Below, piece after piece: positions 36,659-50,373 of a stretch of DNA of 64,000 bases (positions are counted from its first letter, which is position 1; the number at the start of each line of letters is the position of its first letter). This stretch comes from Eutreptiella sp. 'Long Island Sound 2002'. Its lineage: Eukaryota; Protista; Euglenida. The position numbers and the translations under genes were made by a program. The stretch lies in assembly GCA_964036045.1 (NCBI GenBank), contig OZ038378.1, positions 55,986,001 to 56,050,000 of the forward strand, written 5' to 3'. Below the pieces are notes generated by a model that did not search any database, had not been told where the DNA came from, and saw nothing but the letters and a program-made list of their open reading frames with translations.

Positions 36659-37829
36659 CCCTTGTACCCCCAACACACAACACAGGACATACAGAATAGG
36701 TAGCTGTACTACACGTAACTGTATTGTGCCTGCTAGTATTACCTGCCTACCTACCAGTGCAATAGGGTATATTGTATTACTGCCAGTACTCTCTGTCCGT
36801 GCAGCGCCAGAGGGCGTTCCCACGGCTGCACTCCTCTCCTCCCCTCCCTCAACACAGTAATCCTAAATTAGATAACTGTATTACCTTGGGGACACTTTAC
36901 GGCATTGCCCGCTGGTACTACCTACCTGCATAATGGCACTCTCGTATGCATTGTGTTGCCCTTGCTTGTGCCATAGGGTGTATTGTATTACCGGTACCGA
37001 ATCTCCGTGCCTCCCGCCTACCCGCCCACTGCTACAGGGTACAGATGCATCGCTGCATGGAAGCAGGGGAGCGGGAGCCCCGACGGTGCCCCGCACAGGT
37101 GGTCCTCCCTCCCCCCTGCCCCCTTTGGCACTGCCCCTCCCCCCTACCCCTGCAACGGTACCTGTGACGGTTCTGTACCTAGCATGTGCCGTGCACCATG
37201 CCCCATGCCCCATGCCAGCACAAGCACGTCCGCACTAGGAGGTGTATACCCCGCTCTTGCACCGCATGGTTCGAGGGTGAGTGCGGTGCGCCTGAGCCTA
37301 ACTTCCCCAAAGCGAGGCACTCCGTGGGCCCCTAAGGCCCTCTTCGGATCGGGAAGACAAGCCCAAAGCCCAAAGCCCCGCCACCCCACGAAAGGAACAA
37401 ACAGTTGAGAACAGTATTTTTCAACACCATTTGCAGCAGCCGGCATTGCCTGCTAGTGGAATGAAATCCCACCCCTCTTCCCACTTGTGTTTCCTCCAGC
37501 CCCACCATTTGCATCACTATCCCTGCCCCTCTTCAGCTGTGTTTCTTACCATCTCCAAACATTCATCCAAATGATGGCGGCGATTTGTGAGCACTGTGGG
37601 TTTCCAACGAATTCACATGGCTGTTGCACAAAAGGGAAGCTACAGTGCCCACATTGTGAAGCTACCGTTGACCCCATTGTAGATGCAAGCAGGTTTGGGG
37701 TTGGGGGTTGCACATGTCACTATCTCTATAGGCCCCCTTGCCCCCTTGAAAGGACACCCCCCACCTGCCCAAGAGCGGACCCAATGTGAGAGGATGAAGA
37801 AAGGAGAACAAATGGTAAATAATATTCTA

Positions 37830-38050
37830 AATAGCATCCATCTATTAATAGCATCTATCCAAAGACCTCCAAGAATTAACAACATATATCCATGGACCCC
37901 AAGAATTAGCAGCATCCATCCAAACCTCCAAGAATAAACAACATCCATGCAGAGACCTCGAGGAATTAGTAGCATCCATGCGGAGACCTCCAAGAATTAA
38001 CAACATCCATCCAAAGGCCTGAAGCAACTAGCAGCATCCATCCAAAGACA
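37830..38050. repeat. Degenerate ~30-bp minisatellite
   Basis: agcatccatccaaagacctccaagaattaac-like units recur about 7 times. Confidence 0.8.
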
Positions 38051-38639
38051 ACCCGAGACCACCAACCAATTGTAATCCTCTGCCCCCATCAAAAATGCTC
38101 TATGTGTGCTTGATTTGTGTTGTCACGGTGCATTCATTTCTCCTTTGAATTTCAGTTCTGACACCCATGCACTGAGTTTCATGGCAGATGTCAATGAGCA
38201 CATCCTGTTCAACTACTTCATTGAGCATGGGCCGAAATACACCAATTGTTCAATCAAGAGGGCTATACAGACCAAGGGGGGGGGGGGGTAGCCACGGGCT
38301 ATACATCAACTTCCTCCCACTTTCCGGCCAATTTCAGGGAGGGGGGGGGCGGGTCTTGGGGGGGGGGGGGGGGGTTCTTGGGGCTAGCCGGATGGGGGGG
38401 GAGGGGCTAGACCCCGGCATATATGGCTCAAAATGACCGCCTCATCACGCTCATCCTTTTATGGTAGGTATTTTGGGGAAAATTTTTTGCAACAACGGGG
38501 GGCGGCATGGTAGGTGGTGTACTTTTGTCTAAGGGCATAGTACCCCCGAGTCAATTCCCAGCCACTGTTGCCAGTGGCGCTCCACCCAAGCCGAACCATG
38601 CTTGGTTTCAAGAAAGAGTTGATGTATGTTTTGAAGCAA

Positions 38640-38870
38640 CCAACACCAACAAGGGGACAAAATCAGAATTGGCTGCCTCACCCCCACCTTCTCAGGGCCC
38701 CACAAGTGGGCAGAAGTGCTACATAACCCCTGCATTCTCGGGGGTCCCCAAGAAAGGGACAAAATCAGAAATGGCTGCCTCACCCCTGCCTTCTCGGGGG
38801 CCCACAAGTGGGCGGAAATGCTACATGGCCCCTGCATTCTCGGGGGTCCCCAACAAAGGGGACAGAATCA
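38640..38870. repeat. Repeat related to the 85-bp satellite (2-3 longer diverged units)
   Basis: Shares cccacaagtgggc..gctacataacccctgc..gggggtcccc and aatcagaa with 1-680. Confidence 0.75.
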
Positions 38871-39565
38871 AAGCACAAAATAAAATAAGACTGAAAAAAT
38901 TTTCTATTATGTCCTTGATCCTATCTAGGGTCCACTAGGGATTGAACCCATGACCTTAAAGTCGCAGAGGCACTGTTTTACCCACTAGGGTATGGGCCAT
39001 CTCTGAACAACCACCACACAGGGGTGGTATTGACATTGGGTCCAATTTGGTTTTCATCCATTATTGGGTTCTCCTAAAAAACCTGAGTATTTTGAGTATA
39101 GACACATGGGGTGAAAACCCATTTTTTCACCCTCTACTAGATCAAGCAAATTTTCCTTAGGGTGCCTTTCGCGCCCATGGCTTTGCACTTTCTAGCCAAA
39201 TTCTAGGGAGGGGGGGGGGGTCGACGTCAAGCACGTGCGCCCGGCGCCCCCCCCCCCCCGTGGTACAGATGTCATTGACATCATCCGATGAGACCTCAAG
39301 ACAACCGGAGTACCAGACCTGCCCCATCAAAGGGGGCAGATTCATGGTGAAGACGTTGGCACGTATCTATCAATCAAGCATAGGCATATCAATAGACCAT
39401 AGAACACTACCAATTGACGTGCCACGAAGCCCCCCCATTTACCTTGGACCGTGGGCGCAGCGCTGCCATCGTTGTGTTGGGGAAATTTTGAAGTCATATG
39501 AGGTGTCCACATCTCTCAAAGATGCCAAGAGGAAGCAGCCTGTGGTGCTGCAACGTTTTGCTTGT

Positions 39566-39654
39566 GGTGTCAACATTTGGTGTCAACATTTGGGGTCAAC
39601 ATTTGGTGTCAACATTTGGTGTCAACATTTGGTGTCAACATTTGGTGTCAACAT
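39566..39654. repeat. 13-bp minisatellite (caacatttggtgt), about 6.5 copies
   Basis: Direct reading. Confidence 0.95.
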
Positions 39655-40816
39655 ATCCCCACACAATATGTCATTGCCGGAGGGTGCGCTTTTCCAACAG
39701 TACCTCAAGGAATACGAGAGAAATTTGGTGTTCCAATTTGCATCGTTCGAAAGTGAGGCAAAAATCACCAACGTAGACCGCACGTTCCTGTAGTATGCAA
39801 TGTTCTTGTACTGGGCAAGTGCTATTTTCGGGAGCTTTGTGGGATAAGCACGTTTTGCTGGACCGCGCGATGCCAAATGGTTTCGGAGGTCAACGATTTG
39901 GTCATGTCTTAAAGGCTGCCACATGAGAAGCATTCTTGCTCGGCATGTGGCCCAGGACACCTTCGCCATTTGCAGAAGGTCTAAAAAAAGAACCGTTGAA
40001 GTGTGCAAAATTCTCGAGCTGTACGATACTATTGTTCTCATTGATGGCAACAACAAAGTATGCCGAACAATTTGCCAGTTTCAAAAAGGTCTCAAGAAAA
40101 GAGATCCTCACATTGGTCTCAACATCGGTCATCCATGTACCCACACCCCATTACGGCAAATTAGGCTCCATGATGAGCACCAAGGGGTATCCAACAATGG
40201 CTCGGAGAGATCCAATGTGGGTTGTACTATTGAAGACGACCCTCCCCAGCTTTATGCACATGATGTCGATGTGTTGGAGCCACTCATAACTCAAGGATCT
40301 CTCCACTTACTTACATTGCGAATGTGCGAAAATTTGATTCCTTCATGTGTGTATGGACACACATTGTAGTTGCACGCAACAACATTAGCCTTGTTGGAGG
40401 AGACATTTTTGCCAACGCCGTAGACAACCCTAGTTTCAAACCTTCCAAGGAGTGCCGTGACATCCAAAGACCTGGCGCCCTTCTAGTGTGGATCCTTCGT
40501 TCAAGGAGGTCAAATCATTTTGTCTGCTCATACGCTCCTCAAACTCAACAAGGGCTTGGACAATGCCATGGGGCCCCTCCCCACCCACAAGCTCAGACAT
40601 AGGTATGACAACCCCAAATGGACGACTTTCTTAACAAAACCTTGAGCAGATACACTTTCCACAACCGTCTTTTGTGGCCCTTGTTGCTGCCTAGGGTGGT
40701 TGGTTGCTTGCTTGTGATCTTGTGCTTCCGGTTGCCTTTTCTGCCACGGCTTTCTTGGTGGCAAAGCATGTTGCTTGCCTTGGTCGGTTGTTGCCGTATA
40801 CAGCTGCACACATAAT

Positions 40817-41420
40817 TTTGCTTGGTAGTCGATGTCATTATGACCATCACCGTCAGGCGTGAGCACGAAGCATGTCTCGTCGCCAAGCATGAGGACAAGT
40901 TCACCTTTAGGTACAATATTAGGCTTATTGGAGATCACACAGGGGCCGTCTCCTCGCTTTTGTATGTGACCCCCCCCCCCGGGTAGAAGTGGGCCGAAGG
41001 CCTCCAAGGGGGAGGGGGGGGGGGCATTGGAGGTGGGGGTTCAGGGAGGGGTGATGGGAGGGGGGGCGGGAGGGTCGGTTGGGGGGGAGGGGCTCTAGAT
41101 GGGGCAATTTGGGGTGGTGGTTTTGCTTGGTAGTCGATGTCATCATGACCATCACCGTCAGGCGTGAGCAGGAAGCATGTCTCGTCGCCAAGCATGAGGA
41201 CAAGTTCACCTTTAGGTACAATATTAGGCTTATTGGAGATCACACAGGGGCCGTCTCCTCGCTTTTGTATGTGACCCCCCCCCGGTAGAAGTGGGCCGAA
41301 GGCCTCCAAGGCGGAGGGGGGGGGGGGCATTGGAGGGGGGGTTCAGGGAGGGGTGATGGGAGGGGGGGCGGGAGGGTCGGTTGGGGGGGAGGGGCTCCAG
41401 GTGGGGCAAATTGGGGTGGT
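40817..41420. repeat. Recent ~304-bp tandem duplication
   Basis: ttttgcttggtagtcgatgtcat...ggggcaatttggggtggtgg starts at 40817 and again at 41121, near-identical. Confidence 0.92.
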
Positions 41421-43310
41421 GGTGGTGGGGGGGGGGGGCACAGGCTCGCCTTACCTCCCCTTGCCCTCCCTCTAGCCATACCACCACCATAAACCTAACC
41501 CTTACCTTTTCAGCAAGCTGGTTTGGCCATGCCAGCCATGTTGATTGGGCTGAACAAGATCCCCAAAATTTTGTTCATGGCTGCTTTTGCCACATCATTG
41601 CTCTCCATTTTGGACCCCAACAATCACTCTAACCCTAGCGTAGGGTGACAGCTAGGGCTAGGGTTAGGGCTAGGATTAAGGTTAGGGTTAGGGTTACGGA
41701 GCTGGTGGAACCAAACTTCGTTTTATAAGGTTCTTTAGTGTCTAGGGTGGACCTAACAGGTTTGGCAAACAAGCAACAAGCAAGCAGCAAGCAAGCAAGC
41801 AGCAAGCAACAAGCATGCGCAAGATGGGCAAAAATCATAGCTCCATCGTGGTGCTTCGGATTCAGACTAATTTTGGTGGATGCTACCTATGGGTGTGAGG
41901 GACAACCACACAAAGTATGAGGCAAAACCTCAACGGTGGCGGCCAAGAACAAGCGTTGCAAGTGCCGGACCTCCATTTCAAAATCTGCAATTTCGGGCCA
42001 AAATCAGCCTTTGTCCAAAACCGCCCTACAACATACTGAAAACGGCTAAATAAGGGAAATGGTGGCTGCTATACACATGGAGCTGGACTTCCCCGTGGCG
42101 AAGGGCCCGCTTGGGCCCTCTGACTCCACAAAAGGTCCGCGAACCACCCCCAAAAAGGCCCCCAAAAGGCCGAGAATTTGTGCACAATGGCCGTTGACAC
42201 CCGAAAATAAAAAATCGGACCATATATTGGGCTACGTGGCTCAAAACATGATTTGAAGCGCACCTAACCCACCCGCAACCACCCACTTTGGTGGTTTCCA
42301 CCACTTAAAATTGCCCGAAACGACGCCTGGACCCCAGTACCTATGCCCAATGGGCTACGACGAGCTGCGAGAGGCAGCCCAAAGAGGTGGGTGCCAAAAT
42401 GGGTTAACAAAGTCCACCGGGTGCAAAAAAAACAAGACTTTTTTTCAAAAATGATTCTAGATCACATGGAATGCCAAAACAAGTGTTTTGGTGTGTTTTG
42501 AGCTCATGGTGGCCTGTTTTGGACCTCCTGGAATCACAAAGTGCTTTGAAAAAAAATGGGACAAAAAATGGGTCAAAAATGGGTCAAAAACGTGTTTGTC
42601 CAAAAATGATCCTGGACCATTTGGGGTGCACAAACAAGTGAAATGAGCCCATTTTAAGCCCATTGCAAGCCATTTTGGCCCCGCCATGATCACAAAATGC
42701 TTTGAAAATGGGCTGTTCTGGGACCAAAAATCAGTCGAAAAAGATCAAAAATGTGTTTTTCCAAAGATATTTTTGGACTATTTGGGGTGCGCAAACAAAT
42801 GGAATGAGCCCATTTTGAGACCATGTTGAGCAATTTTGGCCCCTTTCAAGGCCGAAAGGGCCTTGAAAATGGGCCAACTTGGGACCACAAATGGCTCAAA
42901 AATGGGTCAAAACCATGGTTTTCCAAAAATGATCCTAGTCTAGTTGTGGTGCCCAAACGGATGAATACAATTCATTTTGAGTCCCTTTTGAGCCGCTCTC
43001 ATCCACTTTCCGGTGCGTACTTCATTTGCTGTTAAAGTCTCCTGGACAATGTTCCTTCCCCCATCAGCTCGGTCCCTATATTCAATCCTACTTAGGGATA
43101 GGGTTACGGTGAGGGGTAGGATTAGGTGCAGGTTTAGGAGCACGCTCATGGTTGGGGTGGGCATTAGGGTCAAGGTTGGGTTCAAGTATAGTGTTGGGGT
43201 GCTCCACCGCTTGGGCGGGGAGGGGTGCTACACAGGCAAAGGGAATGAAAAAAAAACTTTCGGGCGCCTTTGGCGCCACCATATGTATGGCGGGTAGCAA
43301 TTCACCCTTG
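41420..43310. repeat. Dispersed repeat family with degenerate TTAGGG-like tracts, gcaa microsatellite and ~170-bp aaaaatgggtc subunits (also at 28500-30560)
   Basis: 41630-41990 resembles 28600-28950, and 42540-43260 resembles 30090-30430. Confidence 0.8.
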
Positions 43311-45189
43311 GTAACTAAGTGGGCCCGGAGGGTAGGGACGGAGGGCGGGGTTCACGTACCCGAAATTAGGAGACGTCCCACCCGTGTTGGAGATGTACCC
43401 CAGGGGTGTTGCAAAGCACTACTACCGCGAGGCTCTGCGGGCTTCACCACAAGCTGTGTTGACGGTGTGCGACTTCACCCTTTCTTGAGCCATGAGTTCC
43501 ACGGTCGCAATGTCCAAAGGGGCCCTTCCAAGGGTCCTACTTGGTATACATCATACTCCAATACGTGCCCTCCTGTTAGCAATCCTCCTTCCTTGCACCT
43601 CGTGTGCTTTCTTGTGCATCAATGTCCTCCTTCTCTGCTTCCTCCCCTTCAATGTGTGCACGACAACCTATGTCCTTTTCAAATGTCGATGCTGAACATG
43701 CGGCCCAAATGTGCCCATGCCATGCATAGTCTCCGGACAACAACCCCGCCTCCTCCATCCACCATTGGTGTACAATATAGGGCTCCAACCACATAGCAGC
43801 CCCTTGCAAAACGGGTTGCCATTGAAATTATTGGTGACGACAACGATGATAATGACTTTGCACTCTCCAAACCCATTTCCTCCACCACTCACAGGTACCC
43901 CTTGGTTGCAGTGAAAGTAGAGCAACTAGAGGTTGTCAACATCCATCACCAAGCTCCCCGCGTAGTTCACACTCCCTATCTTCCCTTGCCGTTCCCCTCG
44001 CCACTCTCCCCTTGGGATTGCAACCCTCAGGTACTAATCATTCACTGGCCATTGAGTTGCATCAATCACATCCCCCAAATGGCAACTTGCCCCTTTCCCT
44101 TGTCTCTATTGCACTGCACGCCTTTGCCCTATAAACCCCCCCCTGCCCTTCAAAGGGTTGCCTAGCAGCCTCTTGCCTTGCCCACATGCGCACCTCTGCA
44201 CCCCAAGCTATGCGAAATGCCGTGCAGCATGGGAAACCGTGGTTGATGCCAATCTTGCAGCCCGCAGTTACTTCCACTTCATACAACAGTGTCACACTTG
44301 CGTGGGCCCCAACAGAAAAATTGATTTCCCTTAAACGGGGCCTGCCGGTATCGGTTGGAGGACAACGATTGTTTGACAACAAACCATCACTATTCCAATC
44401 CATTCGTGCCCCCCCCCCCCCATGTAATTAGGAATGGGCAGACTTTGTGGACACTATGCGCCGTATCTTGCACGGCAATGCAGCCATGAGCATTCGCACT
44501 TTCCTCAATGGGTTTGCTAGCAGTTCCCGGGTGCCGCCTATGGACACTGTCAAGGGCATTTTTGTTTTGTTGCAAGGCGCACAAATGGTTTTGTTGTTCA
44601 TGGGAATGCGCCCGGGAAAAAACACACAGCCCTGGGCGACACTTTGTCGCCTCTTGCTACTTGCCCTTGCGCCATGTTCCTTATTGCTCTAGTACCCAAT
44701 GTCCACCGAAAACCAAAATGTGCGGTGTGGCGATAGTGCTCCAAAATTTCCATCGGACTTTGTGAGTTCCAACGCACTTGCCCGCTTTCCCACAAATCGT
44801 TGTGTGCATTTGTGTACTATTTCCTACAGCTGCTCCCATTTGCTTGATAGATCTCCAAATTTGGAACACCACAATCCGACTCTTTTCGGTTTTGCAGTGA
44901 TGCCACACACTCCATGTTTGTTGTCCAATAGATCATTGTGTGCACATATCTACTGTTTGTTTTCTAGAGTGGCTTCCCTTTCTGGGATTCCTCTGCAGAC
45001 TTCGAACATTTAGAACTAATGTGTGAGCCGCTTTCACTGTTGCTGTGGTGATGCACACTGTGTTCTGCACGCTGCACAGCCAATCCTTCCAACGGATTTG
45101 TTGCGTAATTGCTGTCCCATGTGCCACCGTGTATGTGCGTGAGGAGCGGCTTGTGGCCAATAGTTTCGCATAGTTGTCGCAAAAGTACA

Positions 45190-45380
45190 TACTCGTGTCT
45201 CCACACAACAACCATCCAGAGTCCACCACGAAATAACAACAACCTTCCACGGTCCACCAAGAAATGACAGGAATCCTCAAGAGTCCACAAAGAAATAACA
45301 AAAACCATCTAGAGTCCACCACAAAAGAACAACAATCATCCACAGTCCACCAAGAAGTAACAAGAATCATCTGGGGTCCA
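45190..45380. repeat. Degenerate ~31-bp minisatellite
   Basis: caaccatccagagtccaccacgaaataacaa-like units, about 6 copies. Confidence 0.75.
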
Positions 45381-46049
45381 CCATGAGGTAGACGCAAAGT
45401 GCCATTATTCATGAAGGGCGCCAAAGGCCTCCTTCACAAAGCACAAGGCGGCAACAACCTGCACTTGCAACCCCCACCCCCGTTTTCGTGGGGGGGATTC
45501 ACTGATTCGGGCTTAATGCTTCGGGCAGAAATAAGTAGGCATAAATCAGGGCACATGATGCATTTCGGTTTCAAAATCTCGGTCCCAGGCCCCCAACACA
45601 CCTTCCCTTTGGTTGGTATGTTGTTACAATCATGTGGAATCACAATATCTCCCTCCATTTACGAAATAATTCTTCGTCTGTCAGTTTGCGGTCTTTGCAA
45701 AGAACGGTGCTGGTTGACGGTACCGCACACACAATGTACACAACAGACACTCCGTTGGCTTTTCCGCATGCTGTTTCTGAAATTGTGCCTTGAGTTGCGT
45801 CAAGGTCATCGGTTGAAGTCATTGTTGACCCCTTGCAGCCACAAACAGAGCACTGTGTCATGAGAATTATCTGTTAACACAAATAGAACAAAGTGGCACA
45901 GAGGTATTCATCGCCACAACACAAACACCTTCAGTAAATGGTCTTTTTTACCGCCACTACCAAAAATCCAATGATTTGGGCTAACGTTTCGGGCGGATTT
46001 AGGGAAACCGGGTCCCCGAAACGGGGAGGGGGGGGTGTTCCACCTGTGC

Positions 46050-47455
46050 ATACAAGTTCAGCGGTAGTTGCATTGTAGACACTGCGCACCCCAAGTACAC
46101 GCAGCTAGCTCATTGTAGACACTATCGGCATGGTGTAGACGCGACGTGCACATATTTGGGAAGGGGGCCGAGAACCCACTTCCCAAACCATAGGGCACCA
46201 ATAGGGTTTACCCGTGCACACAGGTCAGGTGGTGGGTGGTCTATAGATATTGTGCACCACAAGTACAGGCGGCCTGCTAATTCTAGACACCGTCGGCATA
46301 TTGTAGAACTAAGGCGCCAATATTCAGGAATACGGGCCGGAGGCCCCCTGCCCAAAACACAGGGCAACAACGGCGTTCGCCCATGCACATGGGTCCAGCG
46401 GTCGACGGTTTGTAGACAACGTGGAACCCAAATAGATGCAGCCAGCTAATTGTAGACACTATCGGCATGTTGTAGATGTGAAGTGCCCAGATTTAGGTTG
46501 GGGCCCAAAGGCCCCCTTACCAAAACAAAGGGCACCAGCATTGTTTACCCGTGCATATAGCTCGAGCGGTCGGTGGTCCGTAGACACTAGACGCTGTGCA
46601 CCCCAAGTAGACACAGCCTACTAATTGTAGACACAGTTGGCATGTTGTAGAACTAAAGAGCCAATATTCAAGAAGCGGGCAAAAGGCCCCCTTCCCAAAA
46701 CATAGGGCAGCAACAACCTTCACCTGTGCATGCGAGTGCACCAGTTGGTGGGTTATAGACACTATGCACCCCAAGTAGACGCGGCCAGCTAATTGTAGAC
46801 ACTTTCGGCATGTCCTAGACGCGGTTTCAAGAAAGGGGCCAAAGGCCCACTACCCAAAACAAAGGGCAACAACAGGGTTTGCCCATGCATACGGGTCGGG
46901 TGGTCGGTGGTTTGTAGACAATGTGCACCACAAGTGGACGCGGCTTGCTAATCGTAGACACTACAGGCATGGTGTAGACGCGAAGTGCCAATATTTAAGA
47001 AGGAGGCCAAAGGCCCCATTCGGAAAACGCAAGGCACCAACGGCGTTCATCCATGCATACGGGTCCATGGGTCGGTGGGTCTGTGGACACTGTGCACCCC
47101 AAGAAGACGCGGCGACCACACTGTCCGCATGTTGTAGACTGTAGTGCCAAGATTGTGGAAGGGGGCCGGAGGCCCACTACGGAAAATAAAGGGCAACAAC
47201 AGTGCTTATCCATGCATACGGGTCGGGCGGACGGTGGTCTGTACACATTGTGCACCCCAAGTAGACGCGGTCAGCTAATTGTAGAGACTGTCGGCATTTT
47301 GTAGAACTGAAGAGCCAATATTCAAGAAGTGGGCAAAAGGCCCCCTTCCCAAAATAGAGGGCACTAACTGCATTTACCCCTGCATACAGATCTAGCGGTT
47401 GGTGGTGTGTAGACATTATGCACCCGAAGCAGACATGGCCTACTAAGTGTAGACA
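46050..47455. repeat. Diverged ~168-bp tandem satellite, about 8.5 copies
   Basis: tgtagacactgtgcaccccaagtagac..ctaattgtagacact recurs near 46074, 46241, 46411, 46580, 46753, 46914, 47082, 47240 and 47408. Confidence 0.9.
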
Positions 47456-48657
47456 GTGTTTTACCCAGAGGAGGGGGATTTCTCGGAAATCGGATATCCT
47501 GCTTAAAAACCCCCCCAAAGCCAAATTTAAAAAGAGGGGGTGGGGGGGTGGGGGGGGTTTAAGGGGATTTTACACTGCGCGGGGGTATTGGCGGGAAAGG
47601 CACCCTAGCCCCCCTTTCCCCCCCGCCACGCCCCGACACCAAATGAAATGCATTCCGGTTCTCACATAGTGTTGTCGGGCACCTCCAAACAGTTGGGTAT
47701 GGGGCCCAAGTGTGATCCGACAATTCGCACCGCCCTGCCAAAGCGTATGGTAGGGTTTCATCGGCTTGGGTATTTCCGGCAATGGGTACCAGAAACCTCG
47801 GGACTGTGGGTCTCCGAGGCGGTCATGGGATTCGAAATACTTCATGGGGTTAGAAATGTAGCATGGGGGGTGAAATACATCAAGGGTGTTCATGGGGTTC
47901 GGGAATGCACCATGGGGTTAGACATACACTATGGAATGAGAAATGCATCAAGGGAAAGGCATAAAAGAAGGTGTGTGTGTGTGTGTGTGTGTGTGTGATG
48001 CATGCTCCTCTAGTTTCCATTCCCAATCCGAGCGGCCAAAAGAGGCTTCAGAGAAAGATGCACCCTCATTGTCAACCGCCCGTGCCACCTTCAAATAGAT
48101 CTTGGGCTACATCAACATGGTAATTTTTTGGGGCTCGTCCCTTTTTCTCATCATCCTGGCTAACTACAACCCATTCCGTCAAATCAATGGTGTTTGGGTT
48201 TGGGTATCATTTGCTGCTTGGATTTTCCAAAGGGGAGCCGCCCCTCAGACCACTTGCCTAAAAGGAGAAACGAAACGCAACTCGGCGCAACAGAACGGGT
48301 GTAACGGGGTGTAACTCGGCGCAACGGGTGTACTATACGAGAAGCAATGTAGACAAATTGTACGAAGCATGCAAATGGAATGGCACAAATGGATGCACTC
48401 GCAAAAAAAGGCAATCAGAATTGGCTACCTCAGCCCTACCTTCTTGGGGGCCCACAAGTGTCACCGTGTTGGGTCGCAGCAGAAGCATCCACACAATCAC
48501 AACAAAGAGGATGCACAACCACACACATCATCAGCATGTGGGGCAGGCGCTGAGGGTTGGCACAAGCGGGGCCAACCGTCGCTGTTTTCTGTGACAGGCG
48601 CTGGCTCCAAATCTGCCCCCGAATCGCACGCCGGAGCTGCACCTCCGGCGTTCACAC

Positions 48658-48800
48658 CTGCGCCTTCCCGCCGCGGCATTGCCGTCCCCCTCCTCCACCT
48701 TGCGCTGGTCCAGGTCATCCATGCGTTGCAGGACATCAGACACTTGATACTGCACCGCCTCCACTTCCGCGTGCAGGTCATAGATCAGGGGCCTAAACAC
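48658..48800 (-). CDS. Candidate host exon, coiled-coil
   Basis: Acceptor gctgtgcag|GTG; VFRPLIYDLHAEVEAVQYQVSDVLQRMDDLDQRKVEEG is heptad-like; donor uncertain. Confidence 0.5.
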
Positions 48801-50118
48801 CTGCACAGCACGCGCCGAAGACGTGATGGGGTGCGGTGGTGGAATGGCAGAGGAAAGGAGGCGGGTGATGGGGCGGGGGCGGGGGCGGGGGGGGGGATAC
48901 GTGATGGGACTGGGAGGGGGGGAGGGGCGGGCAGTACTGGGAAAGAGGGCTGATGGGACAGCAGATGGAGGGTAAGTGAGTGGGACGTAGGGAATGCCAT
49001 CAGTGCTGGGTCTGCGGCACCTGTGAGCCACTGCGCGGGGGAGGGGAGGGGTGCATGGGAAAGGGTGGGGGTCAGAAGCAGGTGGGGAGGCGATTGGAGG
49101 GGTGTTGGGGAGTGCCATAAGGGCTCAGTAAGTGTGCCGGTTGGTACTTCCGGGTGCGTGCTTCAAGTTTGTACAAATGAATTGTTTACATCACTTGTTC
49201 CAAGCCACTGGGAAAGTGTTCACAAGAGGTGAGAGTGGCACAGTCGTCCCTCTGCTCACAAGTGCTGCCTCTGCCCCTGGGTCCCCTCCCACACTGGCGC
49301 CAGCCGTGCTCCAGACAAAGTCGTTCCCAAGACTGTGAAGTGCGGAGGGTGCTCACAACCACATGTGATGTGGGAAATGTCACACTGGGCCAGGGGGAGG
49401 GAGGTTCAAAATGGTTCGAAGTTGTTACTCTCAGGTACAGATGCCGCTGGTGCAGGGCAGGGAGAGAGAGGCTAGGTTGAGGGTCCAACCCCTTCGAATG
49501 CCTCGCTTGGGGGGGCATTGTGTTTCTGCTGATGTATGGTTGGGATGGCCAATTGTGGGGTGGGTGGTCCTGAGCCAATCCTCCAGGCCACACTGCAGAT
49601 GCACATCCTACAGACCCACCACCACCACCTCGCAGTACAATCCGAATCCCACACATCCCCCCCCCCCCCCCCAACAAACGTACAAGAGCACGCACGCACA
49701 ATACGACCACACATGCATGCTCTTATTAGTTTGTGTCAACAGTACCAACACGCAGCCCATCCGAACCTGTGTATGAGCACAACAAACAGCAGGGAAGAGA
49801 GCAATGCATCGCCAACGTGGTGTGCTCACCGGCAGTCTGCTCCATAGGATTTCGAAAAACACTGTCATGGACAGTTGCTTGGGGGCCCACTTTGGACGTA
49901 GGTTTGGCTACCTGCCTCTGGCAGCCTCAAACTCTTTGTGACTCAAAAAGAGGGGTCATCACATTTGACTGGGCCATATTTACGGAAAACAGAAGGGGGG
50001 CTGGGAATGATGCACTGGGGGGTCTTCCAAATAAGAACCCCCGCACACACAGCATACACAGCGTGTGTGTGTGTGTGTGTGTTGGGGGCGGGGGTTAACA
50101 AGGAAATGGGCGCAGCAC

Positions 50119-50373
50119 CTCAGGCAATTTGTGCATCAGCTGAGCCCTCGGTGTCGCCATCTGCTCCTCCATTGCGGAGCACATGTCATTCTTTTCCTGA
50201 ATGGAGCGGACCACCGCGTTGATCTGAGCAGCAATGCGCCTCACTGTCTCATCGTTTGTCTGATTGAGGCTGAGCTTTGCCGCCAGATTGTCGTGCTCCA
50301 CCAGCAGCTGCGCCACTTCGTCGCGCAACTCCGACAGGGTCTCCGCGTGGGAGGGCTTTGTGCCAAGCTGTGC
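50119..50373 (-). CDS. Candidate host exon, coiled-coil
   Basis: Acceptor gggctttccag|GCA and donor GAG|gtgctg; 255 nt, phase 0 to 0; ETLSELRDEVAQLLVEHDNLAAKLSLNQTNDETVRRIAAQINAVVRSIQEKN. Confidence 0.6.

Larger units (their letters stand above)
33480..36790. repeat. Higher-order tandem array: ~535-bp unit A and ~345-bp derivative B, arranged roughly A-A-B-A-B-A-A
   Basis: tRNA-like heads spaced 532, 878, 878 and 536 bp; identical ORF-track entries offset by exactly 878 bp (34447/35325, 34798/35676). Confidence 0.92.

Noticed and set aside
33279-36860. Many Pro/Gly-rich ORFs in the tandem array as genes
   Set aside because: They occur in several frames on both strands, are low-complexity and simply mirror the GC-rich repeat.
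39260-40800. LINE RT or transposase in the protein-like frames
   Set aside because: Only weak echoes (KSAPSGNDIL) were seen; both strands give plausible frames and no diagnostic motif was found.
43300-45900. Genes in scattered protein-like ORFs
   Set aside because: They are fragmented and interrupted by minisatellites with no recognisable domain; probably old TE debris.
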